Shown here piece by piece: positions 37,418 to 51,699 of a DNA stretch of 64,000 nt (its first letter is position 1; the number at the start of each line of letters is the position of its first letter). Source of the DNA: Hemiscyllium ocellatum. Its lineage: Eukaryota. Made by a program: the position numbers and the translations under genes. The notes below the pieces were generated by a model. It saw only the letters and a list, made by a program, of their open reading frames with translations. It ran no database searches and had not been told where the DNA came from. The stretch is from NCBI RefSeq assembly GCF_020745735.1, contig NC_083404.1, positions 100,191,731 through 100,255,730 of the forward strand, written 5' to 3'.

Positions 37418-40400
37418 ATTACCCAACAGTGGGATGTCCAAATAAAGTATATAGAGAAGCTTGTGCTGAGAACCCCAGAATCTGGCCAGTCCTTAGATGT
37501 CCAAAGGAAGCTTGAGGATGCCTTAAAAGAGAAACAGAAATCACTTTGTAAGTTTTCAGGATCTCATCTCCTTCCCACCCAACCTTCCAGTCCTGATTTT
37601 CTTCTGTTTTGTGGGTTGGTTGCAAACTAAATGTACAAACCAGTATAAATTGCAAATTACACATATTGGTCTGACTTTTATATGTCAGAACAGTGCTTCA
37701 GTACAATCCAAGTATTTCTCTTTTTTTCCCTCTGGGGAATGCATTGCCCTGTCAGGGTTCAGAACTTCACCGGAAATATATCTGCATTCAGCAAACGGTC
37801 TGTCATGGAAGAAGTACAGGAACGTCTTTCCTTGTAAGTACAGTACTTTGCAGATACATCGTTCCTAACAGGTCCCTGAACAGCAACGTGCAAACTGCAC
37901 TCCTCTCATCTTCACTATTATTTTAGTGAAGGAGTAGCCTAGTTAACTATTTGGTAAAATGAGCAAAGTCAAAATTATTTCCTCAATATAAGTTGCATTC
38001 AAAAATGTAAAGCAAGGTTCAGATTTGAAATAATATAGGCTCTCTGGCTTAGTTTCTCTTGCTAGACCTAAGAATAATAGCCAAATAACTACTAACAAAT
38101 GTTCGACTGATAGCTGGTAGCTGGTCGGATGGGTAGATGAGTGGCAAATGGAATTTTAGCCTGGAGAAATGTGAAATGATGTATTTGGGATGTCAAGTAA
38201 GGCAAAATAATCTACAATCAATGGGTGAATATTGGGGTATAGAGGAAGTGAGGAAACTCAAAGTGAATGTCTACTGATCCCTGAAGATGGCAGGATATCT
38301 TGATAGTTGGCAAGGAAAGCATGTAGACTCCCTCCTTGTATTGGCTGAGGTATTGCATGTACAAATAGCAGGGTTACAGCTGAACTGTGTAAACATTAAT
38401 TTGGTCATGAAAAGACTAATGTGTACAGTTCTGGTCACCACATTACAGAGAAGGATGTAGCTGTGCCCGAGTGGTTACAGAATCAATATTCACTAAATAC
38501 CTTAGAATTAGATTTTATTGTCATGTGTACTCAAATACAAGGATTCAGGAGTACAGTAAAAAGTGTACAAAGTTGCCATTCCCTGAGCCATCTTAGGTAC
38601 AATGGTGCAAAGGTACAATATCTTAGGTATAAAGTAGAAAAATATAAGTTTAACATGACAGTCCTTCTTAAGTGCTTAGCTGTGGGCATGAGTTGAGCTC
38701 TTCCACCCTGACTCTGAGACTAAGCATGAAGCAGTCGGCCAGCCTTGAATCCCTTCACCGTGCTGCTGCCACAGAATGGTATCGCCATTCTTAGTCAGCA
38801 TCTTGCCTTGACTGCTGCCACCACCATGAATGTGCACCGGACCAATGTCGGCAATGCAGCTGCCACTGAAGCTTTTGGGTCGCACTCTGGACACTAGGCC
38901 CAGATTCGCCTCCTTTTGCAGCCACCAGGAACACAATCTAACCTCCCTCTGACACCACCATCACCAGCAGCACAAACCCAACTCCCACTGCTACCATAGC
39001 TGACAAGAAACATTGCACTGACACTGAGCTCTCCACAGAAGGTAGGTAAAGTTAAAGCAAGAAGAAAAATCAGAGGACAAAGAAAACAAGATTACAAGCA
39101 GACGGAGTTGATGGACCCACGCTCTGCGCTGCTGCTCCACTGGTACTCTGTTCGAAATAAAACAAAGTATGATATGGAAAAAGAGTCACTGTCAATAGAA
39201 TGGAAAGTACAGTTGGCAACTGCATTTTGGATAAACAATAGGAGACATTTACTCTGCTACACCAGAATAATTTAGGGACATGCTGCTATTACTCGAAAAA
39301 TGCTGCATTGTGGAATGATTGGCTTTACTGGAGTTGTTCTCCTTGGAACATGGGAGTCTGAGGGAAGACTAGATTAAGATGTATAAAATTGTGTAGGGAT
39401 TGATTATATTTACTTTAGCAGAGCAGTTAATGACTAAGGAACATTAAATTTAAAATATTGATAGAAAAATTAGAGGGAAGATAAGGAAATCATTTTTCAT
39501 CCACAGGGTGGGAAAGGTCTGGAACTCACTGACTGACAGGGTAGTAGAGGTAGAACCATTGAAAAGGAGGCTGGATCCAAACCTCAAGGGCCGTAATCTG
39601 CAGGGCAATGGGCATAATGCTGGAAACTGGGATGAGACCGGATGGTTCCATTTTCAACGGCCATGGTGGCTGTTTCTCTGTTACAAATATGTTTTGATTC
39701 TATTATACTCCTCATGGTCTTCAAATTATAGTGCCTTGCTCGGTAATTAAAGAAACAACAAGACTGGAGTCGAATCAAATTGTAAGAAAAGCTTCCAAAT
39801 TTAGTCTTGGATGGAAGGAACTGCATATGGTGGAAAGCCAAAACCAGTCTATCAATTTGACTTCGTATAACGTGTTTAGTTTCACACATAGTTTTCTTTC
39901 TTGATATGATAGGCTGAATTTTACCCCAGGCTTCAAGACCCTACATCAGGAATGGATCAACAATTTCATCAGACACCCCCATCTGATGAAGGAGCCTGAT
40001 GCTGCCAGCTGTAATAGAGAAAAGGCAGCTTTGACCCTTCAGCAGCTCCACTTATAGAGGGGCCAGTGCTGAGGCAAGCAGGTCAACCTTACGGGAGCCC
40101 CCAGTTAAATAATCAAACTAAAATAAGATCAGGGTATTGGGGGGATCGAAGAGGAAGCCTCTCTTGGGGAATTATTGGCCTTGCATTCGCTGCCCACATC
40201 CAATTCTTTGCCCCATGGAGCTTCAGCCTGCAATGGCCTGATAGCTTGTGACAAGAAGCTGGCTTGAAGCTGACAGCCTTGCCATGTGGCTGCAGACCAC
40301 TCTCCATGAGTAAAATCCCAGCAGGCTCATTTCATCATTCCCAAAAAGGACCTTTTGAAGTAAAAGCAGCTTAGTGAGTCAATCCACTCTCCAAACAGTG

Positions 40401-41853
40401 ACTGGGAAGCCTCCCTATCAAGGGACAGAATCTGAAAACCATCGTCATTCAACACCCAGCTATTTTACCAGCATTCCACTTCTGTTCCTGCCACTGACCA
40501 GCCTGTGAGATTCAATCTATGTTGCTCAGCAAAGTATCAGAAAGATGAACTCACTGATTATGGGGCTGACAGAATAATTGATTCACAGTATAATGGAAAA
40601 CATTAAGTTCAATTATGGAAAATTAACCACTTAAAGCTGTGTTGATGTTAACTGTAATAAAAATACCAGGCTGGACTTGAATTCAAACATAAGTATTTTG
40701 AGAGTATGGAAATAAAAAATATCTGATTTGGAAAAAGGGCAGCTGTCAGTTGCCAACTGCAACTGAGATAAACAATAAGAGACATTCACTCTGATGCACC
40801 AAGATAATCCATGTTATTTATGACCTTCACGGAATCAACCCCTAACTTAATCATACTCTCCAAGCTTACTCTACTAAAAAAAGGTCCCTAATTAAATTAA
40901 CATATCATCAAAATGACTGTAACTCATCACTTTGATCTTTATCTCTTGTCTGATATGGGCATTTTTGAATGTTCTGTATACAGGGAAGAAAATCGCCTAA
41001 AATAAAATGAAGCCAGACATGGGACTACACTGGAAAAATTAATTTCAGACAAAAGTTTTTCTCCATAGGGAGAGACAGTGAAAAGAAAATGTATCTTTAA
41101 CAACTTAACTGATAACTTTCATTCTTTCTCTGAACACCTCGAAAAACAATACTGAGTGATAAAGCAAATTAGAGAAGAATCCATGCACAAATTTTGTCAC
41201 TGCTGATTATTCAATGCATCAATTGAAGAACTACAATCTAAGGTTAAAATCTAGCACCGAAAGGAATCCAAGGACTTTTTGAATTGCCTATACTTGGCTT
41301 CCTATTTTGTTTAAGGCACACTCCTTTTTTTTCAAACTTTATAACTATACTTATGTGTGTGTTGTATTTTATTAGTTTTCTTAGGTTACTGAGTAACAAA
41401 ATTCTTCTTTCATATTGAAAACCTTGTGAGGTTGCAGCCAATTCACTCCTCTTCACGTGCTCATAACATCTTCCATCAGTTCCAGCCCTTCTGTCTTTTC
41501 TGAAAAAGAGAAGACTATTGTGGTATTATTAATGTTTTGAAAAGGCTCTTATTTTAACGAAAATATATCAGAGTCCTACTCTATTTTAAAAAATATAGGC
41601 TCAGTGTCATTGACAATATAGGCTAAATGGCCTTCTGCATCCTAATAATTCTGTGATTCTGTAAAAAATGAAAATGCATTAAATACCTAGCAACTCAGAC
41701 ACCATCAGCAAAAAGGAAAACAATATTAACATTTTAGGTATGTGGGACCTTTTCAAAATAGTTACCACAGAGAAACAACCATTTCCTGGATGATTCATTG
41801 GCTTCCTTAGTCTGTTGCATTTCCCTACAGAACATCACTTGCTACAAAGCACT

Positions 41854-41926
41854 GGGGAATTAGCTCAAATGGTAGAGTGCATGCTTTACATGCGAGAGGT
41901 AGTGGGATCAATGTCTACATTCACCA
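41854..41926 (+). pseudogene. tRNA-Ala-derived pseudogene
   Basis: ggggaattagctcaaatggtagag..catgcgagaggtag.gggatc.atg..cattc.cca is a 73-nt vertebrate tRNA-Ala with several stem-breaking, mostly CpG-type changes. The anticodon now reads TAC. Confidence 0.8.
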
Positions 41927-41935
41927 CTCCCTTTT

Positions 41936-42219
41936 GGGTGGCACAGTGGTTAGCAATGTTACCTCACAGCACCAGAGACTAGGGTTCAATTCCTGCCTCA
42001 GGCAACTGACTGTGTTGAATTTGCACATTCTCCCTGTGTCTGCATGGGTTTCCTCCCACAGTCCAAAAAATGTGCAGGTTAGGTGAATTGGCCATGCTAA
42101 ATTGTCCATAGTGTTAGGTGAAGGTAGAGGAATGGGTCTGGGTGGGTTGCGCTTCGGCGGGTCGGTGTGCACTTGTTGGGCCTGTTTCCATACTGTAAGT
42201 AATCTAATCTAATCTAATC
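41936..42219 (+). mobile_element. HE1/V-SINE
   Basis: tRNA head (gtggttagc..gggttcaattcc), V-domain ttgcacattctccctgtgtctgc..ctcccacagtccaaa and a (taatc)n tail. Minus-strand copies at about 27075-27345, 45360-45705 and 63514-63872. Confidence 0.88.
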
Positions 42220-44279
42220 ACTGGTGAGACATCCTAACACTGGAATGCTGCAATACAAATGTCACCTCAGTTCTACAGTTAATGTTACAGTTATAGCAAT
42301 TCAATTAATCTTGGATTCTAAGTAATATCATTTAAATCCATTATCCGGTGAACTCCATTAATATCTTATCTCAACTAAGTAGCGTTTGGATAATCTTAAC
42401 AAATTACTTTGGAATTTGAAATGCAGTTTAAAGAAAAGCAATTGGATTTAAATGCATAAAGATAATTTGTTATAAATTTGACAGACTCGATTTTGTAGAC
42501 GTGCTAAGAAATTGGATTCTGTCACTCATAATTGGCCTTACCAGATTTTTAAAAAATTGCACAGTACTTCTAGTAAGTATAGTCCTTGGAATCACTTAAC
42601 AGCTACTCAATACATAAGATATGCTCAATTTTACTTCTCTAGCCCTATCATTTTGTGTGTTTACTTGAATTAGCTCTTTCTTTCCTGCTGCATTAAAAAA
42701 AACGACCTGTTGTCTCCCCAGGCATGTTCGAAGTCAAAATATTTTCCATATGAGCTCAGCAGTAGCTCAAGGCTATGAGCTGATATATGAGTTGAGATAA
42801 CAGCTTGTATGTAAGCAAAAAGATAGGAAATTCAACAAAATATCAGAGGTGAAAGGAATGGAGTTGAGCCACAATACTTTGACATAATCTAACATTTTAA
42901 TCAATCAGAAATGATACCACTTTTGGAAAATAGTTTACAAGAGATTATTAAATGGAAGGAAGAGATTAGTATAGTAGAACAACATACGCAGCATTCGCTT
43001 GGTTGAGAGGATAAGCTCTGAAATTGTACATGTTGTACCTTTGAAGTGACCTGGATTAATGTTGATCAAAAATGTAATCGTATTTAAGCCTCGATAACCA
43101 CAATGATTTGGATTTCTTTGATTATGCAAGTTCTCCAATGCCAGCTGTTGTTATTTTTTCTTCTTTTAAGTTCTCATTGAAATGAGGAATTTAAGTACTG
43201 AGAACTGTTTGTATCTTTTCATTTCCAGTGTCAGCATCAGATTGTCTAGCTCAAGCCAAAACAGCCAGATGTAGATTAAAGCACCCTCCTTGATAATATG
43301 CTTTTGCTCTTAACCTTAGTAAAGCATGGAGATTTTTTTCACTGTTTTCTCCAGATGCAGGCTTCAGACCACACTCCAAAGTGCACAGAAACCAACAACA
43401 AACAGCAGTGTGAACAGAACTGTGATGTAGATCTGGTTTCATTGATTTGAGTTTCTGGACATCATACACCAGAAAGGAGCGCACACATGGAGAGTCAGGT
43501 AAGATCGTAGAGAGCCAACCACTTGGAATTCAATCCTGGATCAAACAATAAGAAAAGATGACCTGATATCAAATTTTCTATTGATATGATAAGAACCAAT
43601 TACTGCTATCTTCAAACTGATTAAACTCACAGTCCTGAAAAGGATCCTACATCATGCTGTGCAGCTGCCCCCTTATAAGGTGAAAGCAGTTTCACGTTCT
43701 GAAATGGAAAAGGCCTTGCAGCCAACTTCACTTAGGTTGTTGTCTACATATCATGCAGATTAGTGGAATTTATTATGCCAGCTGATCCTATCTTTTTATT
43801 CTTTTGAAAAAAACAACTTTTGTCCTTTAATACTGGTATGCAAGAAGATCAGAACACAAGGAAATTGAAAAAGAAAATGTTTTTGAGAATTCCAATGAAA
43901 TAAAGAAAATTCGTGGAATGAAGTATCGAGTTTTATCATTTCAACACCCCCTTTAAAACGATACCATTTTGGGACCAGGTAGGCCTACATCAAATATTAT
44001 CAGAAATAAAGACACATTAATAAACCTTAAATAAAATATTGAACTGTGGATGCCAGATGAACAAAAGCAGAAATTGCTGAAGAAACTGGCTGCATCAGTG
44101 GAGAGAAAAAATTAACATTTTAAGCCAGTGACCCATCTTCAGACCTTATGTTTCTGTTTACTTGCATTAACTTTCGTTGTTTGTAATCAGCCCTCATTTT
44201 CAGAGCTGTGCTAGTGGTGGCGAAGGTGGCCACAGCCCACGATTTTATCTGCTGAAATTCCTCCAGTTGCTACATATGA

Positions 44280-44830
44280 TTTGATTTGACTTGTTGTAGT
44301 CACATGTACCTAAGCACGGTGAAGGTTTTGTTTTGCAGATCATATAGGCAGATCATAGCAAACAAGGACAGATAGATCATAGTGTGTTTAGACAGGGCGA
44401 GGCATACAGGAAGTGTGCAAAGCAAGATCAACATTATTTGAAGTTAGTGAGGCCCATTCATTAGTTTAATAACAGCGGTTCTTGAATTGGTTGGTGCATG
44501 TATTCAAGCTTCTGTATCTTCTACCTGATGGAAGAGGTTGAATGACAGTGTTACCAGGATGGGAGGGGTCTTTAATGTTGGCAGCCTTTCTACAGCAACA
44601 AGAAGAGTAAATAGAGTCCATGGATGGGAGGTTAGCTTCTGTGATGGTCTGGGCTTTGCACACAACTTTCTATACTTTCTTACAGTCCTGGGCAGAACAG
44701 TGGCTGTACCAGACTGTTATGCTCTTGAATAGAATGCTTTCTTTGGTGCATCTGTAAAAGTAGGTGAGGGTCCTTGTGGACATATCAAATTTCCTAAACC
44801 AGCTGAAGAAGAGGCATTGTTGTGCCTTCA
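44280..44830 (-). mobile_element. Rex1/Babar LINE 3' fragment
   Basis: AQTITEANLPSMDSIY...RKAANIKDPSHPG....PLPSGRRYRSL is the Rex1-type C-terminal motif. Confidence 0.8.
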
Positions 44831-45940
44831 AGTTCTCAATTCACTTCATTTCTGCACCAGAGAGGTAACAAAGGCCTTGTGATGCAATGGAGCTTTGTTG
44901 CATTCTCCGTAGACAGAGAGAACTAGGAGGAGCGTATGGATGGTTTTGCCGAAGTAGCAGGTCTTCTCTTGGTATGTGATACCATCAGTTGTAGAGGCAT
45001 GGCTTTTCAAGTGTTGTGTCTCAGTGCTTAAAGGTACTGGAGCCACGTAAGTTACCAGCAACTCAGTGGGCAGTTAATGTGTGATCACATGCTGGTGAAT
45101 GCTAGCTTTGCTGGCAGGAATTAAGCTCTCCCTCATTGACCTGTTACCAGGGTAATTCCACTGAATTCCACTGAATTCACCATCACTATCTGATGAGCCT
45201 CCAGACCCCCTGATGTACATAAAACTCTCTCCTCCTGAGTACCTTCTGGATCAGGACCTCCAAAAACCTTGAGGCACATCTTCTAACTTATTGTGACATT
45301 TCAAAGTGCTTTTCTGAGCAACATAAGAATATGAACATTAGTGGAAAGTCCCTCAAGTCAATAGAATCCCTATAGGCTATTCAGCCCATTGAATGACTGA
45401 CTGTTAGAGCATCCCACCCAGACCCTACCCCATCCCCAAAGCCTTACATTTCCCACAGTTAATCTACCTAGCCTGGACACCTTTGGACTGTGGGAGGAAA
45501 CTGGAGAGGAAACCCACACAGATGGGAGAGGTTGGTGGGGGGGGGTGGGGGGGGGGGTGGGATAGGGTGGGGGATGCGCGGGGGGTGGGGAGCAGAGCTG
45601 TGGTTGTGAACTCCACACAGACAATTGCCTGAAGATGGAATTGAACCCAGTAGGTTGAACTCTAGTGTGAATCAGCACTGCCAATCACTGAGCCACCATA
45701 CTGCTCCGTTGGCTCTGCCATTCAATATAAATTTTGCCTCAACATTAATTCAGTTTCCTTTTATTCTCTGAAAGACCAAAATCTGATCTATCTAAATGTA
45801 TGCAACAATAGAGTACCCAAAAAGTTCTAGGGCAGGAAATTTCAGAAGATTCCTAATCCTTTAAATGAATCGATTTCTCATCCCAGCCAGTAAATGATCA
45901 AACCTTCAGAGCGACAATCACTCTACATCCACCTGTCCTG

Positions 45941-46110
45941 ATTTGGAGATGCTGGTGTTGGACTGCGATGTACAAAGTTATAAATAACAAAACACCAGGC
46001 TATAGTCCAACAGGTTTAATTTGAAGCACTAGCTTTCAGAGCACTGCTCCTTGATCCACAACCACCAAATAAACTGTTGGACTCTAGCTTGGTGTTGTGT
46101 GATTTTTAAC
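45941..46110. mobile_element. Penelope family-B inverted pLTR fragment with partial HHR
   Basis: Arms ctatagtccaacag and ctgttggactctag. TSD tcca(c/t)ctgtcctg at 45928-45940 and 46111-46123, inside a minus-strand CR1 tail. Confidence 0.75.
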
Positions 46111-47029
46111 TCCATCTGTCCTGTCATTTTAACAAAAACATCTCTAAATCATCCTGACTCCAAAAGTCATGCACACAATTTATTCAGCCTATCAATATAG
46201 GACATCCTTCTCACCCTGGGAATCAATCGAGTGAATTAATTATTGAGCCAAACCCAAAGCTGAGGTGGAGATCGGGAGGACCTGAGTCTTAATTCTTCTG
46301 TAACCAATTCAACTCCTGCTATCTCTCTGCAGTTTTGATTGAAGCAGATTAAGTCTAACCTCAGGTGTCTGCTGAGGCCTGCAGTCACTCAAAAGCAGGT
46401 TCTGCACCTCACTAATTATAATTAGAAGCACAACGTTTGCTTACAGCCTGCATGACTTTGAATGTGGATTAATCATTAGCCACAATCCTGGTACCTGATC
46501 TCACACCCTATTCAAAGGAGGGACAGCACTGTTTTACACTGTTTACAGAGAGATTTTTACCTGATTTCTATATGGATTTATGCAAGGTTAAAGGTTATTT
46601 TAGTCACACATGAAAACATGCTTTACCTGAACACTTTACTAATAAGAAATTCACAGTTTAAAATGTGGATCTACCTTATAATTTGGGAGGTGGGGAATGA
46701 TTAGTAGGTTTTAAACATGCCTGTAAGTGCTGAAATCATTAGTAGTAGGTTCAGCTCTCAAGTGCTGATTAGATATAATTTTCCTGGAACTGTCTATGTA
46801 GGTTTACTCACCCACTTGCGCTGAAGGTGTGGATTGGGCTGTTTAACACATAGGGTTAGGTTTCAGAAAGGCCCAGGGACCACAGTGGGAGCACAGATTC
46901 TCAGGTATGGCACTAGTCCAAGTGGAGGAGTTCCTATATCTGGAGCAGCAGATGAGATCCACTTCATTCTTCCTGTCCCTTTTTTAAATCTGGAATCATA
47001 TTCTTTCATTTCTCCTTCACACCAAAGGA

Positions 47030-49360
47030 AACTACTCGAGAAAATTCTGAAGGCGGGAATTATTATCCATTTGGAGAAGCAAGCTTTGATCAGAGACAGT
47101 CAGGATGGCTTTGTCAGAGGCAGGTCATGCCAAATAAATTGGATTAAATTTTTAGAGGAGGTGATCAGGTGGGTAGATGTGGGTAGTGCAGTTGATGTAG
47201 TTTATATAGATGTTAGCAAAGCATTTGACAAGTTTTCACATGGGAGGCTGGTAAGAAAGTAAAGCACATGTGGTCAAAGATAACTTGGCAATTGTATCCA
47301 GATGTAGCTGAGTGGCAGGCGATAGAGGGTAGTGGGAGAAGCTGTTTGAGTGACTGGAGGCTGATGTCCAGTGATGTATCACAGGGATCAGTACTGAGTC
47401 CTATATTGTTTGTGATATATATAGACAATAGAGAAGAAAATATGGAAACAATGGTAAGTTTGTGGATGATATGAAGATTGGCCAGGTGCTGGACAGTGGG
47501 GAAGAAGTTCTTTGGTTATAAGACAACACTGATGGATTGCTCAGATGGGCAGAACGTAACTTAACGCTGATACATGTAAGATGATGCACTTTGAAAGAAG
47601 TAACAAGACAAGGGATTCCGCAGTAAATGACAGGACAAATAGGAAGCTCAGAGGGATCTTGGAATGCTTGTCCACAGATTCCTAAAGGCAGCATGGCAGA
47701 TCAATAGGTTATTTAAAAAGACATATGGGACAATTGCCTTTACCAGTTGTGGCATAAGTTGTATAAGCAAGGAGATCATCTTGGAGCTGTATGAAATTTT
47801 AATTAGACCACAGCTAGAGTACTGTGTGTTTTTTTCAGTCGCAGCACTATAAGAAGGATGTGATTGCACTGGTGGGTGTGTAAAGGAGATTCACGAGGAT
47901 ACTTTCTAGGACAGAGCAGTTTATCAATGAAGAGAGGGTGGATGGGCTCAGGTTGTTTTCTTTAGAGCAGAGACGGGTGAGGTGTATAAGATTTTGAGAT
48001 TTGGAGGTGCTGGTGTTAACCTGGGAAGGACAAAGTTTAAAAATCACACAACACCAGGTTATAGCCCGACAGGTTTATTTGTAATCACTAGCTTTTAAAG
48101 TGCTGCTTCTTCATCAGTTGGTTTTGGAGCAGAATCATAAGACACAGACATTACAGCAACAGAATTGCAGTGTCATGGAATGCAATATAAAACAAATTTA
48201 GCTTAAGTCTTTCATCTTTTAGAATGACCATGTTAGTTTCACTTCCTTCATATATAAATCCCAGAACTTTTTTAAAGTTGCACTCTCAAGATGGCTTTTA
48301 ACAATAGGTGTCTTCTCAGCTCAGAAAGTGCATTGAAGGTATGAAGTTAAATCTGTCTGTGTCCCAGTGTTAGGTGAGACTGATTCTATTTCTAAAGTGG
48401 AAGTAACAGAATCTTGCATGGATGTATGCAGTTTTTAAGCAAAATAAAATGTAATTCTCCAGTACAAATTCTCCTCAAACGTTTATGTGTGTGTGTGCAG
48501 GGAAGACCGAGTGAGTGTATGCATGTGGGTGGGTGTGTGGGGTGGGGGTGGGGGGAGGGGGATCTGTGAGAGACTGTGTGTCTGTGTGTGAGTGTAATGG
48601 GGGATTCGCCTGTCAGACGGTGTGTGGGAGGGTGAGTGTGGGGATGGTTGTGCGTGTGAGCATATGAGAGAGAGCTTGTGTATGAGAAAAGGGCTGTGTG
48701 AGTCTGGAGAAGTGTGTGTATGTGTGTATATACAGTGTAGTGGGGTCACCTGTAGTGTGACACGAACCCAAGATCCTGGTTGAGGCCATCCTCATGCGTA
48801 ATGAACTTGGCTATCAGCCTCTGCTCAGCCACTTTTTGTTGTTGTCTGTCCTGAAGTCTGCCTTGGAGGATGGTCACCCAAAGGGCCGAGGCCAAATGTC
48901 CTGGACTGTTGAAGAATTCCCCGACTGGGAGGGAGCACTCCTGCCCGGTGATTCTTATGCAGTTTCCATTCATCCGTTGCCATAGCCTCTGCTCGGTCTT
49001 ACCAATGCACCATGCCTCAAGGCACGGATAGAGTGGATGAAAAACAGCTTTTCCTCTTAGTTGAAGTGTCAATACAAGGGCATAATTTTAAGGTGAAAGG
49101 CAGGAGTTTTAGTGGGGATTTGAGGAAAACCTTTTGACCCAGAGGATGGTGAGAGTCTGGAATCCACTGCCTGGGAGAGTAGTTGAGCCAGAAAACCTCA
49201 CAACCTTTAAAATGAACTTGGATGAGCACTTGAGATGTCATACATTCAAGACTGTGTGGAAACTACTGGAAAGTGGGACGAATGTAGGTTTTATGTATTT
49301 TTTGTCAGTGTAGACTTGATGAATCAAAGGGCCTATTTTCCATTGTGTAATTGATTCTAT
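47030..49360 (+). mobile_element. Degenerate CR1 LINE split by a family-B PLE
   Basis: HLEKQALIRDSQDGFVRGRSC..VDVVYIDVSKAFDK and SQGSVLSPILFVIYI. It resumes at about 49020 and runs to the tail. Confidence 0.8.
47997..49018 (-). mobile_element. Penelope family-B 3' fragment (GIY-YIG, (CA)n UTR, decayed HHR)
   Basis: CIGKTEQRLWQRMNG..AEQRLIAKFITHEDGLNQDLGFVSHYR. HHR remnant at about 48086-48118. Confidence 0.85.
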
Positions 49361-50694
49361 AACCCCTCTCAAGATGCCAGTGATGAAACATTCTCTCTCT
49401 GAGGTTGGTATTACAGGTATATAATCTTTATCGGTGAAATATCTGAAGTCAGACTAGATATTAATATATTTTTGGTGAAGTATTGACAATCTGTCTTCAG
49501 AAAGTCACCCAATGTCAACATTCCTCTTCAAACTTCCAATAACAAACAAACAGTAAAAAGTAATATAACTTTCAATAACATTGGAACCCCTCAGCACTAA
49601 TTTATTTAAGAACATAGGAGCAGGAGTAGGCCACCAAGAGCTTCTTTACCATTTAATGAGATTGTGCATGAGTTTCTACTTCAACTCCATTTCTTGCTCT
49701 ATGCCGATATCATTCAATGTATTTAATTTGTAGAAATCTGTTGACCTCAGCCTGGAATATACTCAAAGACTGACCCCCCCATAAGGCTCTTCTAAAGAAG
49801 AGTTATCAACTCAAAACATTAGCTCCTACTCTCTCTCCCAGGTGCTGCTAAACCTGCTGAGTTTCTACAGCACTTTGTTTCTATTGCAGCTGGGGCTTTG
49901 TGTTTTCAAACAGACACAATTGATGTAGAAATATTTCTTGTCAATTCAACACTGATAGAAATAACCGTAATATAAATATAACCATAAGGTGGTAAGACCT
50001 TTTATTTGTTGTATGACTCAGATTCAGTCAGGGATCCTGGTGCTACTTTATTTTCCTGTTAAATTATACTTCATTGTTAGTCAATAACAGTAGGTAGGAC
50101 GTTGTTATATGCTCTTCCTGAATGGTTGTTACTCAATGGCAGAAGACAAACACTGTAATAAAAGAAACTCAGCAGGAAAAGGTAGATTGAACGGAAGCGG
50201 GAGCCCACTGTGTAGCTGATCAGCCCACTAATTTAAAACCTACTGTCAAAATAGATTGAAAAAAGTTTTAAAATCAGGGCACTGATATTCCTGCACTGAC
50301 AGAGTCACAATTGTATCAGGAAGCGTGGGAGGAAAAGGCTTCTTTTGCATGTGATTCCCCAATATCGTTCCAAATAAAAGTCGAATGTTAGTCATTCGTG
50401 CTGACAATTAATTTTCTTTACTGGAAACATATATTTTCTGTATAAGTGGAATCTGATTTTATTAAAAAGGTTGTTGTTAAGCTGGGTCTCCTAAATTCTC
50501 TCTCCTTGACACAAAACAATTTTCACAAAACCAATAATTAAGTTTTACAGATGACATTTATTCCGACTTATGTGGATGGGTTGTTTGTACAACCTTTCAA
50601 TTCCAGTTGGAGCAGCCAGGATCTGAAAATAGTAGAATATGGTGACAAAAACTTTCGGAGCTGTTTTTATTTTTGTTGAGAAAACATGAGCTAG

Positions 50695-51380
50695 AAACAT
50701 GAGAATTTGGAGCACGAGTCAGCCAATCAACCCATCAAGCATGTTCCACTATTCTGAACCATGGTTAATCATTTAACTCTACACCAGTATCCATCTATTC
50801 TTCGATGGCATTGCTATCCAGAAATCTATCAATTTATGTCTTGAACTTGTTCAATATTTGCGTATTCATAGTCCTTATGGGTAGAGAATTATAAATGTTT
50901 GTCACCCTCTGAATGAAGAAATTCCTCTTCATCTCAATTTTAATGGGTTTCCCTATATCATGCAACCATAAATCCTGATTTCAGACTTTGTAGCCAGAGA
51001 AATTATTCTATCTAATCTGCCTTGTCATGTCCTGTAAGGATTTTCTCCGAAGATCTGGAGAAATGGTCAAGTTTCCTCATTCTGCCATCCTAGTAGTTGG
51101 TCCACTGAACATCTGTTGCACTCCCTCAATGGCAGCAAGACCAAAATTGTATACAACAGTCCAGGTGTAATCTCAGCAAGGTGATTTATAATCACAGAAA
51201 AATAGCTTTATGTCTTGTACTCAAATCCTTTTCAAAGAAAGGCCCATCATCACGCGCTAACCTATTTGTTTGTTGCATGGGAAGCTAGCTATTAGTGCCT
51301 CATGAACCATGACGCCCAAGGTCCTTGAGTATCAACAACTTCTCCCTTCTTACCATTTAAGAAATACCCTGCCTTACGTT
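50695..51380 (-). mobile_element. Old CR1 3' fragment
   Basis: Reverse CR1 tail (agaaacatgag..ggagca.gag..agcc) and agagaatt..accctctgaatgaagaaattcctc motifs. Confidence 0.6.
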
Positions 51381-51699
51381 CTCAATTATACGTGCAATCA
51401 GCAATTGTTTTATTCACTTGTCAAATGTGAGCAACACTGGCTGGACCAGCTTTTTTTGCCCATCCCTAGTTGTCCTTGAAAAGGTGTCATGAGCAGCCTC
51501 CTTGAATTTCTGTAGACCATGTACTATAGGTAGACACACAATGCTATTTAGGAAGGAATTCCAGAACTTTGATCCAATGATAATGAAGAAATAGTTCTGT
51601 TTTTCTTAGTGTGGATGGCGAGTAGTTTGGAGGGGAACTTGTGGATTGCGGTGTTCCCATGTATCTGCTGCCCTTGTCCTTCTAGATGAAAGTGATCAT

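Noticed and set aside
41854-41926. Functional tRNA-Val(TAC)
   Set aside because: The body is tRNA-Ala with mismatches in the acceptor, anticodon and T stems. The anticodon change looks like decay.
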